A DNA stretch of 63,720 nucleotides, the filler included, from Sphacelaria rigidula (lineage: Eukaryota), in NCBI GenBank assembly GCA_964200075.2. It is 7 parts of 7 records of this genome, joined end to end, with 100 filler letters (N's around TTAATTAATTAA, not from the genome) between each part and the next. Parts side by side here need not be neighbours in the genome. Positions count along the whole stretch, not along the records: positions 18,237 to 27,253 come from CAXNAA020009502.1; positions 27,354 to 36,370 come from CAXNAA020009503.1; 5 more parts are not named here. One strand, written 5' to 3'. Position numbers and translations under genes: made by a program. Each line of letters opens with the position of its first letter. Within the stretch, counting starts at the first letter, position 1. The notes beneath the pieces are model-generated. The model was given only the letters and a program-made list of their open reading frames with translations. It was not told where the DNA came from and searched no databases. This document shows positions 21,697 to 34,900 of the stretch, piece after piece.

Positions 21697-24600
21697 TCAA
21701 CAAAGCAGTAGCTGGCAGCGTGCAAGGTGATGCAAGGCCGTCACAGATTTCTTGCTACAACAAAAGGTATTTACTCGGCAATTAAACACGGCGACAAAGT
21801 CATCGTCTTCATCGAGTCTTCAGTGCAGACAGTCGCTCGCAAAAACGTCATCGCTGCTGTCACCAGCCGGTGAAGGTCAGTGCAACCACCAAAATAAAAA
21901 TCGCTGTCGGCGCCCAGGGTTGTGTGCTAGAACCATCCGACACACAAAAAAAAAGTCGACTTCCACCTGTGATCTCGTTCTCTGCAACTCAAAGGGTATA
22001 GAGCACTCGCTCTTGAAACCCGAAATTGTTTCTTGTGTACAGCGGCGCAGAACAAAGCAGCAGCTGGCGGCGCGCAAGGTGATGCGAGGTCGTCACATAT
22101 TACTTGCTGCAAGCAAAGACATTTGCTCGGAATGAAACACGGCGAGAATGAAGTATGCCGTGTTGAGCGCAGACGATCAGTTACGAACTTCGTCTCTGTT
22201 TCCATTTTGCCTTCTGCTTCTGTTTCGGTTTTCCGCTTTTCTTCGAATTCCTCATCTTGAATATCTACACACATACGCTGCTTGTCGCCGCCTCCAAAAG
22301 TGCCGATACTTCAACGCGGTTATCTCGGCAAACAAGCAGAGGATTGGGCTGCGATTCGTTTGCGCTTCCCACACACCCACACTGCGGGACCCCGCCAGCG
22401 ATTTCCTCAACGCGTGACACAAAGCCACACCAAACCAAAATGTACTAAAATGGGCGCTGTTTTTCACTTATGAAGGATTTTTGGGTCCGCTGCGGCGAAT
22501 TGAGCAAGTTGCCTACGGGATTCCCTAGCTTTGTGTGTGTGTGTGTGTGTGTGCGCGCGCGCGCGCGGGTGTCTGTGAATTGCCACAGGCCGGCATACTT
22601 CTTGCGTCGAAAACGGCGCGATAAAAAAGTGTCACAGCTGTCGTATGGTAAACCAACCTAATTAGGAATGAAGCGTGTGTTCTGCGTGCTCTGTTCGGCA
22701 GAGGTCCGGCCATTCTTCCGCGCTTTTTGTGCTTTTTCTCGGAGTGTGGTTTTTTGGTCCCTGTGCCCCCTATTCACCCCCCATACCTGTCCAGGTTAAA
22801 ACTGTAGAAAATCAGGATGCATGCGGTCCAGCATCCGAAAAATAGGTGACGATCTGATTTATACGAGTATGCCGTTGATACTCGATTTCAGGGAAAAGTG
22901 GCCTCCTGGCAATCGAAAGCAGAGGTGCCATCGTGTAGGATGAAGGTTGAAGAAAACGAGAGAATTGCCTGGATATTGGGATAGGCACCAAAGGGGGCTA
23001 AAATCGCGGTTCATAATGCGGACCTTTTGCGCGGGGTTGCTCTTTTCATGTCGAACCAGAAGGCCCCGCAAAAAGACGCCATTTCTTCGTTGTCGCTTTG
23101 AGCCACGTTCGAGTAAAACGCAACACAGCACTCCTTCAAAAGCAGACCACAGCTGAGCCTCTCTGGCCATGGCGACCCTTAGTACGACCTCATCCGCAAC
23201 TGCCAATGAAGTTCAAGATTTTCGGTGTCGACTACGTCACAACTTGTTCGCGCAAACGATGCCCGTACCGCTTACTAAACACTCACACGCCGACTGAAGT
23301 ATTATCATACCTGTAGGGTATAATGCTCGATGTTTGGTATGGTTATGGGAGAGTCCCATCACATGTCCATGGTGGCCAACAAGGAAAGGAGAAAAGGCTG
23401 CCGTCAATTGGCCGATTTTGAAGAGGCTGCTGTCTTCGCAGGATGTTGTCGGATCGACGAACCATCATAGATACGGCATACTTGCTTCCATGAGAGGGAG
23501 CGTCAACCGCCCTAAGGGGTGCATCGGCTGCGTAGTTTGTCATTCAGGCCAGCTTCAAAGACGGAAACAAAATGGTCACGATCTGGTCTTGGACGAACAT
23601 CTTGATACTTGTACTTTATTTTTTTTTATACGTGATTTCTTTCTTTGCCTCCGTTGTCCTACATATCATTTTGATTGTGTCACACTCCCCAGGCACGTCC
23701 GTTTTTTCCTTCTTTTGTTGCGATCTCCGGTGGATTTACTCGCGCCTTCTGCTGCATTTAATCGTCGAGTAATGGTTGTTATCTGTCATCTGCGACTTGT
23801 ACTTTCATCTTAGGAGTGAAATGACATGAACGCTCGACTGATTGACTTCGATATTGCGCTTGATTTTTCATGTGTTCTCCGGGTTCCTTTCTGTGTCTGC
23901 ACGATGACTACCTGTATCAGGGTCGCAATACAACCGTTGATTAACAATGTAAACGCGGACATGAACACACATGTACAGTGCAGCATGCGAACGACCGCTA
24001 TTTTTCGTGACAGGGTACCGCGGTTTCAGGATCTAGCATTTCCCGCGGCGTTTTTATTTTACCATGTCGTGTCCACATTGGTCCTACCGTCCGTACCGTG
24101 CTTTCGGGAAACCAGACACCGAGGTACCGTACGATCCACGATAACAAAATACCTCACTGTATGCACCGCACTGTACAGGAACCGCAACACCGTGTACCGC
24201 GGTAAGTCCTCGAAAGACCAAAAAAGGTACCATGGAGTATAATGTTTGAAGAAAAAATGGTACCGCGGAAAGTCCTGAAGAATATCGGTCTGAAAAAAGC
24301 TCATGTTGACGATTCAGCACTGATTTTCCCATCTTTGGTGCGCCCAGTCTGGCTATTGGCCGGGAATGCGATTTCTCGAAGAAGCCCCCAAAGCACGTAC
24401 TCCTCTTAGATTGATACGTGTTTTCTTGCAACAACTCGGAAGTGTTCGTGGATTGTTTGAGAAATTGTTTGTCTAACCAAAAGTCAAAGTCGGCGTGCGG
24501 GAGTTCGGAGAAGTGAGCTGGAATCCTCAGCTGGAATCCGTCCAGAGAGGATAACAAGTCTCTTCGAAGAGGCACAACCCACGAAGCCCCGTATTCCCGC

Positions 24601-24799
24601 GGAAATCGGCGCTGAATCGCAAACAAAAACGTTTCTGGATATATTTCTTTTTCGCAACGGAGGCGGCTACGGGCATCCACGACATTTTATCTTGCACTTC
24701 TGGATTCGCTCGGACCCAAACCTCGCAAAACGAAGGGATTTGCGCTGATTGAACTCAAGGGCCGAGCGAATTCATGTTCGTCCGGAAGTTACTTGATTT

Positions 24800-25010
24800 C
24801 AGTGTAATTAACTCGTACCATACGAATCAACCCTCAGGCTGTGTCTTCAGCGTTGCAACCCAGGTACGCGCAGCCCAGGCGCGTGGGATGGCACGAAAAT
24901 TGCGTGGAGACTTTTCGACCAGGGGTCAACTTTTTTTTCCCTTACGAGCAATCACGCCTAAAAAATCGTGGATTTGGTTTTTCAGGCCAACGATGATTCG
25001 TCAGAACCCT
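24800..25010 (+). repeat. Interspersed repeat, homologous to 37360-37560
   Basis: Shared tacgaatcaa.cc..aggct...ttcagcgttgca.cccaggtac.cgca.cccag.c.cgtgg.atggc...aaa.ttgcgtgga. Confidence 0.75.
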
Positions 25011-25449
25011 TATTGAGTTCATTTGCGTCATTTTGTTGGCTACATATTGCTTTGTAAGACACGCTCCATCACCCCCAGCAGGTACTATCTCACTCGTCCG
25101 CTGGGGACCCCTGGATGTCTGTGGGCTGTCAGCCGGCAAACCTGTTCGGACGCTTGGCTTGCAGCCGAGGGGTCAAGATAGGACTTGGTTACAGCCAAAC
25201 CGTCAGTGCAGCACCACATAAAAACTTGTTATCGACCATGCATGAGATCAAGACGTCCAAACGTACCGGTGATGTCGACCGGTGATATCGAGCTCAGTTT
25301 GCGGGAACATTAGAGGATATCAAGGATGTGTTCTGTAGGGTACGGGTTTGTGTGTACACGGCTATTTCCTCGAGCAGTACCCGTACCCGGTAGTAGAATG
25401 ACTTCTGCAAGACCTTCATACCCGGTACCCGATCTTCCTGCAAGTTTTG

Positions 25450-25621
25450 TAACCCTTTCACACCCTGGACAATACAACATGTTTTCAATATATATTAGTC
25501 GATCATGCTGAAATTTTGCGATATATTGCCGGCGTAATATATATATTGGTACCCTTGGATCGCACACGAATTGCGCGCCCAATATATTGTGATGTCGTGG
25601 GACTACATACATATTGCCCGC

Positions 25622-25655
<34 letters not shown>

Positions 25656-26670
25656 CACCACGGGGTTGAACACATACTGTTCCATCAATATATATTGGGG
25701 CAGTGTGGGTGACGGCATATTGCACGATCAATATCTATTAGGGTCGCATTGGTGAGAACATGTTGACCGGTCAATAAATATATTGGATGTGCGGGGGTGC
25801 CAATGTATTGGCCGGTCAATATATGTCGGATATTTCAAGTATGGTGTACACTTTTAACAAGATCTAGACGCGGTGGATGCCGGGCCCGTGCAGATTGGGA
25901 AACGCTTCGATTTGAGTGGCAGAACTTCGCGTGCATTGCTACGAAGAGCTGTCGGATTCGTTTGATATATATATATATATGTGCTAGTCAGAAAATATGG
26001 TGACAGAAGAGGCGACCCGGTATATATGCCTTCTGATACCTATATGGCCACCGGTACGAGGCCGCCCATCCCCTTCACATCATGTAATATATCTTCGGTA
26101 AACATCACGACGGCAGAAGAAGCGAGTCGACATGCGTCTTTTGGTGCCCCTGTGGTCACCGGTTCTGTGTTGCTTTTACTCTGGACGATACAAAATATTC
26201 CAATATGATACCAATACTTTGTATTGGCGTATTGGAGACATCGCAAATGTTGTCCTTTCAATATATATTGTGTTGACATGTCCTCGGAGACATTGAAGCA
26301 ACAACATATATTTCTCGTGTCATGAAGTTGGACAGTACAATATATTCCAATATGATATCAATACTTTGTATTGGAGACAGCGCAAATTTTGTCCTTTCAA
26401 TATATATTGTGTTGAGATGTTCTCGGAGACATTGAAGCAACAACATATATTTCTCGTGTCATGATCGTGAAGTAACGCATGGCAATATATTTTGGACATG
26501 CATTTCCTCCGGGCACAAAACATTCAATATATATTGTGCATGCCGGCCGTGTATGTATTGAAATTTCAATATATATTGAGTCGAAGCGATGCGGAACATA
26601 TTGTTGCCATAATGTATATTGAGAGCGAACCATGCAGAAGCATGATTTTCCCAATGTATATATATATACA
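25450..26670. mobile_element. AT-rich non-autonomous element, second copy (no hAT insertion), with an internal ~140-bp duplication
   Basis: Reverse complement of 14390-14960. It spans the empty site gcatggttcgctctcaat. 26190-26325 is duplicated at 26335-26462. Confidence 0.7.
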
Positions 26671-26764
26671 AAGTTCCACTTAAGTTCCCCTTCGGGACGT
26701 TGGTACGGGCCTCCCGGGGGTGACGCAAGTCGAAAATATATATTTTGTAATTTTTTCCACGATC

Positions 26765-26880
26765 TGATTCGATTGATTGATTGTCGCACTTTGACTGACC
26801 CCCTAGGAGTCCAGTCGTGGTCTCATGATAGACGTACCCAACAAAAACAAACCTGAAACACGCTCTAAGGAAAAAAAAAC
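26765..26880 (-). mobile_element. (CAAT)n-tailed retroposon 3' end (RTE-like)
   Basis: Minus strand gggtacgtctatcatgagaccacgactgga...caaagtgcgacaatcaatc. Further copies lie at 41300-41520, 52595-52720 and 60720-60957. Confidence 0.6.
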
Positions 26881-27125
26881 TTGAAGAGGCTTTCGTGGTT
26901 CGGGATCCACACCGCGCGAAAAAGGGCCAGTTTGAGCGACTTTCGGTGACCAGAACACGCGCCACAGGAATCAGATGCCGCCCAAACCCGAACGGTAATG
27001 TACCGCTGAGCCTTCTCGGTGCGCTGCAATAGGACGTGTGGGAAAAAATGTCTTGCCGCCAGAGGAATCTCGGCAAAAGCGGTGAAAATGTGAAATGATA
27101 CATGTACATAATATACATTGCGCGC
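26880..27125. repeat. Interspersed repeat, inverted homolog of 61945-62165
   Basis: Shared catgtatcatttcacatttt...gttcgggtttggg...catctgat.cctgtggcgcgtgttctgg.caccgaaagtc.ctcaaact. Confidence 0.75.
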
Positions 27126-27253
27126 AAAAGCACTGACAGCGCTTGCACGACAGTGCCTCCTGAAGTGAGTACCTCTACAGGCGATACCGAGATAGGTGTG
27201 TGTGTGTGTGTGTTGTCGTCCCATTTATTCTGGGCGCCGGTCTACCCCTTTCG

Positions 27254-27353
27254 NNNNNNNNNNNNNNNNNNNNNNNNNNNNNNNNNNNNNNNNNNNNTTA
27301 ATTAATTAANNNNNNNNNNNNNNNNNNNNNNNNNNNNNNNNNNNNNNNNNNNN
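27254..27353. other. Artificial contig linker
   Basis: N44-TTAATTAATTAA-N44. Confidence 0.97.
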
Positions 27354-28769
27354 GGGGTAGAAAAAAAACCCCCCCCCGAAAGGGGGGGGGGGTCAAAAAA
27401 CAAAAACCCAAGGGGGGAAAAAAGGGGGGCCCCCCCCCCCCCCCCCCCCTCCCCCATTCCTCGGGGCGAATCTTCAGTCTCGAGGGATTCATTCATCTCC
27501 TTCTCGGGGTGCTGTGGCCCGGTCTGAACACGTGCACTGTAGCATCGAGCATCGGCTCAGCACTCCCGCAGTCCGTGGATCATTATCAAAATTCATTATA
27601 CTCTTTTTCTGGGAAAACAAGTGGTTGTCGGTCTGTCAAGACATGAACGGCTAAAAAAAAGAGGAAACTTGCGGATGAAATCTTCGACGGGCCTGCATTG
27701 ACATTCAGGGATCAGTCACATGCAAATGCACTGCAACGGAGAACGGCTACAGGCTGCAGTAAGCAAATATCAAAAAGCTACCAAAATACAAGATAAAAAA
27801 ATGAGGGGGATTGATATGGCGATTTGAGATCCGTATGACTCTTCCAAATGGTCGCGACCCATACGGCAGATGCGGTCGATAGGAGTCTTTGAAATGGAGA
27901 TACCTCGGTGCTCGGATGGAGCCGGAAAATCTGTTGGGAGAGCCCTGTAACGAAAACGTGTTGTCAGGGGGGAGCAGTCAGAGCACCTGGGTGCAGGTGG
28001 AAAATCGTAACCCACGCACTCGACTCACGCAAGAGAGAGGAGCGTATAGCAAGAATGCCTACCCGGTAATGGCAGGCAGATAAATCGGGTACACCAATGT
28101 ACACCGGGGAAACAAAACGTGCACGAGAAACCAAGAGGGGTCATGTGTAGTTTCTTAGGCACCTATGATACTATTTCGGCCCAGCATCTCTTAAATCGAC
28201 CGGCAACAGGCGGGGAGGGAGGGCGGGGGGTATCCATGTTTTATTTCACCAGAAAATATAGACGGTTCACAACAATCTGCAGTACACAACGCGTTATTGG
28301 CATTGCTACACACACGATATGTTCCCGCACAAATGCTGCTGGGAATGTATACCAGCCCCTACCTCACGAGACCGTGATTTGAAGCCTGCTTCGTTTGTTT
28401 CACTACTCCCGTGCTTAACCCTTTTCTCGGAAGGGCGGGGAACCAGGCATGGTACTGTTAGATGTGGGAATCGCTCACAAAGCATGTAGGAAGTTATCCT
28501 CCAAAAGTGTCCTGGCTCTTCCTGATGGACAAATCAAGCTAGCCAATCAGAAACAAAGGATCCGTCCGCTCGGTTCCAAGAGAACATCAGAAGGCCTTCT
28601 GCGCAAGCTGCACACACTGCCGCAGGTGCAGTACTCATGGTCGTACTTATAATTCATTATTCAAGTAAAGATTATTCGATGCGAATGCCCCACCCTCGGG
28701 GTGGATATAGACAAACCCGAATTAAAAGAGGGTACAACAGCAACAATAGTACAACACAGTACAAAAGCT

Positions 28770-29550
28770 GTGTGGAACAGTGCAATGTTGTCTCATCTCT
28801 CCCCCCGCTGCTTTCCTTCCCTTCTTCTATGAGCACCACCAATGATCAGCTTTGGAAAGTGTTGAACCTGTGAGCCTCCACAATGGGTCATCTCTGTCTT
28901 GCGTTCATATTTCAAGTCAAAATTATGCCGATGCACAGCAGGTGACCCGCCCTGAAGGTGATTGCATCGAGATGGACAAAGCCGAACAAGGCACAGTACA
29001 GTACAGGACAATGCAGTACGGTAGAGTGGTGTCTTCTCTGCCGCCCCCCATTTGCGCTCCTTCCCATTGGTCCCATAATCTGTGGGTATCACCATGGACC
29101 AGATTACAAAAACCTTCGGAGAGCGTGAAGTCGTCCTGCCCCTAGCTCTGAAAGTGAACCCTTCGGCCTCCACGGTGGGAATTCTGGGTCTTGAGTTCAT
29201 CTTCCAAGTCAGAATTACGCCAATGCACAACAGACGACTCGCCCTGAAGGTGGTTATGTATAGATGGACAGAGCCAATCAACAAGGCCCAGCGCAATGCA
29301 GGACAGTACAGTTCAGCAGATTGTTATCTTCTCTCTCTCCTTCCCTTCGTTTCTTCCCATTGCTCCCATTATCTACGGCTATCACCACGGACCACATTAC
29401 AATAACCCTTTGGAGAGCATGAAATCGTCCTGCCCGCAGCTCTGAAAGTGAACTCTTGGGAGTCCACGGTGGGTCATCTGGGTCCTGTTCATATTTAGAG
29501 TCAAATTATGCCACTTCAATATATACCAACAGAACCTATTCATATTTAGA
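28770..29550. repeat. Degenerate tandem repeat, ~3 units of ~292 bp
   Basis: ttcat.tt..aagtca.aatta.gcc recurs at ~28904, ~29197 and ~29488. cgccctgaaggtg and gctctgaaagtgaac also recur. Confidence 0.75.
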
Positions 29551-30540
29551 GTAAAATTATGCTAATTCAATATACACCAACCAAACACTGAAGCTTCGTG
29601 GCAGTGTAGGGATGATGTACAGACGACAGGCCGCATGTGGCGGTAAACGTAGACTCTGCATAACCAAGAAACAGAAAAGCACAAGACAGTCACCATGGTG
29701 TCGTGTACTCTAGTACTCACCACGCTCTCTAACGTGGATCCCTGAGGGCGCTGAGTATACAGCACTATGCTTCTCTGTTGCTAAGTTGTCGGAGTGCATG
29801 ATACCCTGGCACACTTCTGATTTTTTATTACAAAGTTACTCCGACTCAGACCTGTTCTCCCATTTTCCCCCGCCTCCGTCCCGTCTGCGGGGTTTTATTT
29901 CATTTGCTCTTGTCGGGGACGGTGGCTTGTTGGGGAGAGTCCATCGATATGCCAGCTAAACCAGAGACAATCTCGTCGGCCATGAGTGCGATTCAGCACT
30001 GTTTCTTGCGATGTGCTCTTCAAATCATTGTGCATGTTGTGATGGCTTCGCTTTCCGGGAACGTCCCACGCTCGGCACACCAGGCGGCAAAAAGTTTTTT
30101 TTGCAGAGTTTCAGCGAACGCTAGAAGAGTTGAGAAAAAAAGGAAGTTATCGTGCGATGCGTGTCAGGGGTGTGGACGTGTATGTGGCGCCTGAACAGGG
30201 AGGGTGTCGCTTAAACGCACGATTCGCTCGTTTTGTTGATGTTATGTTTGATCAACGGTATCCACATGAAAGAAAAAGACGAGGATGAGTTGTCTATGGT
30301 CGATGAAATTTTGTCGAACGGCCTTACAACAATTCGAGCCCAACACCCCCCCGATTCGCATGTCTAACTATGATGTTATGCATCGACATACCCAATGTAC
30401 CAAGTTAGTATTCCCGTCCGTCCGTCACAGAAGGCCTGCTGTGGAATGTAGGCGATGTACTAGCGGTCGTTGCAGATCCCGCTGGAACGGGAGAAGGAAC
30501 TGCTGCACACAGCTGATAATGCTCTAGATATTTGTGTTGA

Positions 30541-30700
30541 TCCTTTGGGGGCCGGATTCCCAGAAACTTGCTATCTGCACGCAGGGACCGTTGTGTGAAT
30601 CGGCATCATTTATACTTGAAATCGAGCGAAGATGATGCCGATTCACAACATGGTCCCTGGGTGCAAACTACATGTTTCTGGGAATCTGGTTTCAAAAGGG
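30541..30700. mobile_element. 160-bp palindromic piggyBac-like MITE
   Basis: ttga|TCCTTT...AAAAGGG|TTAA with a central gtgaatcggcatcat / atgatgccgattcac stem. A homolog of the same length lies at 53799-53958. Confidence 0.7.
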
Positions 30701-31079
30701 TTAACAGCGTTTGAAGGTGTAGGGCATCGACTTCTGAGAGGTAGAAGTCGGAGAACAACTACTTCACGGTGGGGGAAAAAACGCGACTTTGCACCGCAGA
30801 AAAAACAGAGTGCGCGCGCGGGGTGGAGGGGGGGGGAGACTGTCATTCGAACCCTGGTTCATTTCACTACTCTGGTGGTACCTAACCCTCATTCTGTGCG
30901 CGGAGTGTGAGGGGACGGAGTACCTGCCGAAGAAGAAAGGCACAAGCCCCTCCATAGAAGCCGTAACAATCAACAGCCAGGGGATACACGCATACACACG
31001 CACGCACATGATGCGGAACACAAGCAGGATAATAACTACACGCGCAACATCGACAGAAACAACGCACACAAGCACGCAC

Positions 31080-34000
31080 CTTGATGGTGAAGGCCATGGC
31101 ATCCCACAGCTCCCGTAGGTACACCACATCCGCCGCGACAACCAAATCAAACGTCTGCTTGTTGCTGCCGCTGTTGTTGTTGCTACTGCTGCTGCCGCCG
31201 TCGGTGGTGCCGTTGCTGTCAAGGCACGCAGACGACTCCTCGACCAGAAACTTCCTGGCGTGTTGCTCGGAGAACAGGAGTTCTTTAACCCTCCAGCTTC
31301 CTCCAGTTCCTCCTACGACACGCACCGCCCGCTCACCATCACTGTCACCTACAACATCACCACCACCGTTACTATTACTGCTGCTGGTAGTACCACTTCT
31401 ACCACTACTCTCAGCACCAACACTACCACTCTCACCAACACTACTACTACTACTCTTATCAACACTACTACCATTCTTACCAATACTACTTATACTAGTC
31501 TTACTATCTCCGCAACCACCACCACCACTACTACTACTACTACTGCGACTAATACTATCTTTACGACTACTGCTACAACCATAACTAGCGCTGCGGCTAC
31601 TGCTGCCATGATTAGTGCATGTTTGCACATCCTGGCCAGAGCAAGTTGCTGTTCTGGGAGCACATATCAACGGTGATGTTCCGTGGGCAGCCGTCTTTGG
31701 AGGATTCGCCAAGTGCGAGGGTACCAGCCCGCCGCTGGATGGTTCTGACGTTGACACCATGATGGCTGGTGCGGGCGTTGCTGTTGTTGCTGCATTTGCT
31801 GGTGGTTGCGGAGGGGAAACATATGCGCTGTTCCACACAGCATCGCGGTAGTTGCTGTTGCTGCTGCTGTTGCCATTCTTGCTGTTATCGCTGTTGCTTT
31901 CGTGGTCATTTTGAAGCTCAAGCTCCGGCGCGTTTGCACGAGCGTTGGTTGTAAGGGCAGGGAGTATCTTGGCCTGATCAGTTAGCACTACCGTTGCGCC
32001 AAGTCGTGCAGCCACCTGCATTTGATTTTTTAACCCGCGCTACTTGTTCGTTTGTTTGTTTTTGCAAAAAATACAGGATATGAGAAAAAAGCAAACTGGA
32101 CAGCATGGAAACAGTTTCGACAGTCAACGTGCTGCGCACATTTGAACCAAGGGGAAACCATCACGATGTTTCCTTTCTTCTGTTCAAATAGGCAACATAT
32201 TTTGCCCTTTCGTGTCACATGCCTTGAAACTTTTCTCGGGGGGAAGGCAGAGGTGACAAGTCTACGAGCCTACAAGGTGTGTTTCCCTCCAACAGGCTGG
32301 CAAAACGGGAAGAGTCTTGTATCGGGAAGACCCTACTATTTCATGGCGATGTAAAGTACTTGGCTTTTGCCTCTTAGGCGCCAGGTGAGGGCGCCAGTCC
32401 AATCGTACTGGGGTCAGACATCATACATTAGATAATGACCAACGCATCGTACTTTTATAGCCAGTGACGGCAAACTGGCGATATCAATGCCAATTTCATC
32501 CGATTTACACAATACTCGTGCATCGTCCACGAATTCAATATCAAGTTATAGCCATGAATGGCTACACAAGCACCAGAGGTCTTTACAGATATGTGAAGGG
32601 CCGGTCGATAAAATGATGCGTGGAACTGAGCTTGCAGTAACTACAAAAGTGAGTCTTTCAACTTTTGGTGATATGCTCTTGCATCTTTTTTTTATAAAGC
32701 AACACATGAGCACACACATGCGAGTACACACAGGGCTGAATTTTGGCCGTCAAGTTTCCCAACGCTCTTCACATAGCCGGCGTCGTCAAGACTCTTTTTC
32801 AAGTGTCCGTGTTTCTGAACCGGTTCATAGACTCTGAAGAGATCCTGAAACATTTCAGATATGATCGTGTGAGGCTTCCTTTTTTTGCCGCCCGCTTGAA
32901 AGATCGTCATGTAACACGAGACGCATGCTCGATCCAGAGATGGTCGTGTGAGATCTCCAATTCTTGCTGTCCAATATGGTCACGTGAGACCTGTGCCCGA
33001 TCCAGAGACTTTTGTTCGCCGTTCGGTTCATAAGGTGTGAGACTCAGTGCTAGGTTCAAAAATGATTGTGTGAGAACTTGCCCTGCACGAGAAAAGCGTT
33101 GGAATGTACATAACATTGTGCCGCGCCTTATCCTTCCCGAAATAGAAGATTCCAAGGTCGTATTCTGTCGGGCACAAATTGTTGCATGCCGGGGGTACTT
33201 ATCCGGGTATTACCCGTACCCGACAGTTTAGTGACTTCTGTAACCCTCTCATACCGGTACCCGACAGTTCTGTAAGATCTGTACGAAATGTTTATTCGTA
33301 CCCGGGGTACGGGTACACCCTGGTAGAACTACCCGTTTGCGGGCAAGGGTTTCTGCACAGCCTCCATACCGTACCCGATCATACCGATACCCGAAAGTTG
33401 TGTAGGTTCTATTGGAAATCCCACAACCTACCCAACATACCCGTACCCTACCGAATATAACCTTGGAGAGCTCTTCGGCGCCGATGCCACGCTCCGAGCG
33501 TTTCTGGGGGACCACCAGCATTCCATGCTGGGTTGGGATATTTTGCACCCATTCGACATATCAGCAAGATCAGACAACAACGGTACACAGCCCCCGACAC
33601 ATGAATATCGCATTGGGGGATCCTTATGAAACCCGGATCTAGCCCGTGCAGTACTCCCGACTTAAGGTAGAGCATCGTTCACTTGATAACAGTCATTGTC
33701 AAGTATCGAATCATACACCACCTTCTTTACACCTCGAAGTATTGTTAAAGTGTCACCACTGCAGGATCGCAAATACGCCAACCTTCCCCCCCCCCCTCCT
33801 GCCCCCTGCTCCGTCTCGAAAGGGATGCGTGGTCAATGGTCACACGAGTAAGGCAAGCAACACATGAAAACGCCCCCTTCCTGCCCCCCCCATTCACGTG
33901 CTCATGTATAACCAAAAATAGTCTGCCGCAAGCTTACATTTCTTCTCGAACAAAATTGGACGGCGACGTGACTGTCACTGCTCTTCCTCCTCGAACCGCC

Positions 34001-34238
34001 TACACAACTCATGACTCATAACTCAACGACCACGAAATGAGCACGTCTTATCCTTCCCTCTTCTTACTTTTCTCTCAACTTTTACATCCACGTACGCACT
34101 CACAATGCCTGCAAGTCCCGTTCCGGCACCGAGCTCCACCACACGCCTCCCTCGTAGTCCAAACCCGTACTTCACGTCCAGATAATGCGCCAGTATCACC
34201 TCAGCGTCCCACACAACAGTCCCCACGTCGGCCACATC
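31080..34238 (-). CDS. Family-16 lysine methyltransferase (METTL21-like), two internal exons (34238-34104, 32015-31080), partial
   Basis: DVADVGTVVWDAEVILAHYL...RVVELGAGTGLAGI|VAARLGATVVLTDQAKILPALTTNARAN...WRVKELLF...FDLVVAADVVYL contains motif I (VELGAGTG), post-I (VLTD) and DxxY. Both exons are phase-0 GT-AG. Confidence 0.9.
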
Positions 34239-34511
34239 CTGCTTTAGCAGGAATACAGGGCAAAGGAAAGACGGGGGGGACGGGGAAGGGAAAGAGGTGT
34301 ATTTTTCGTACCGAAACACGGACACAGACTCGTTCACCACCACCACAAAAAACAACTTCAAGGTATCAATCAATCAACACTGCAATCTCGTGTGAAGCGG
34401 GTATACGGTACATGAATTTACCGCTGGCGAAATTACCGACTGCTATAAGTACCCTCTGAAAGCGCCAACAGCACCGGCTAATTTCTGTACCCCGCCGTTG
34501 ACACACGAGCG

Positions 34512-34900
34512 GCCGCGTCCCGGCGTTCTAATGCTACAACTGACACCGTTAGGGCGGGGAAAACGCGGGTTCAATTCCCGCCATATTACGTCTAATTTTA
34601 CTTTTTCTTCTGAAAACTTTATGATTCCCGTGTTGTAAAAGCGTGAGGATGCGAGTAGCAAAAGCATAGCCTCTCTGCCTGAGCTTATCAGACGCTGGTC
34701 GGCGCGGTGCGGGGGTGGCCATGATCCAACCCGCAATACCAAAATGTAAGGAGGCGTGTACCGGGGGAAATGAAGGGATGGGTTGATCCCTCGAGACCTT
34801 GAGACCACGGAGTCGTCCCGAGGAGGGGGGCGAGGTCGAAGGGAGAACAAATATCTGTATACATGGGAACCATCACATAGAAGGGACAAATTCTCACAAG
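34512..34900 (+). mobile_element. tRNA-derived SINE family A, diverged copy
   Basis: B-box-like gggttcaattccc and core GAGACCACGGAGTCGTCCCGAGG. Related diverged copies lie at 35705-35895 (with a (TGGA)n tail) and 38350-38680. Confidence 0.6.

Noticed and set aside
23334..23560. hAT dimerisation-like peptide (WW...WPILKRL)
   Set aside because: The diagnostic S..ER.FS motif is absent, so the evidence is too weak.
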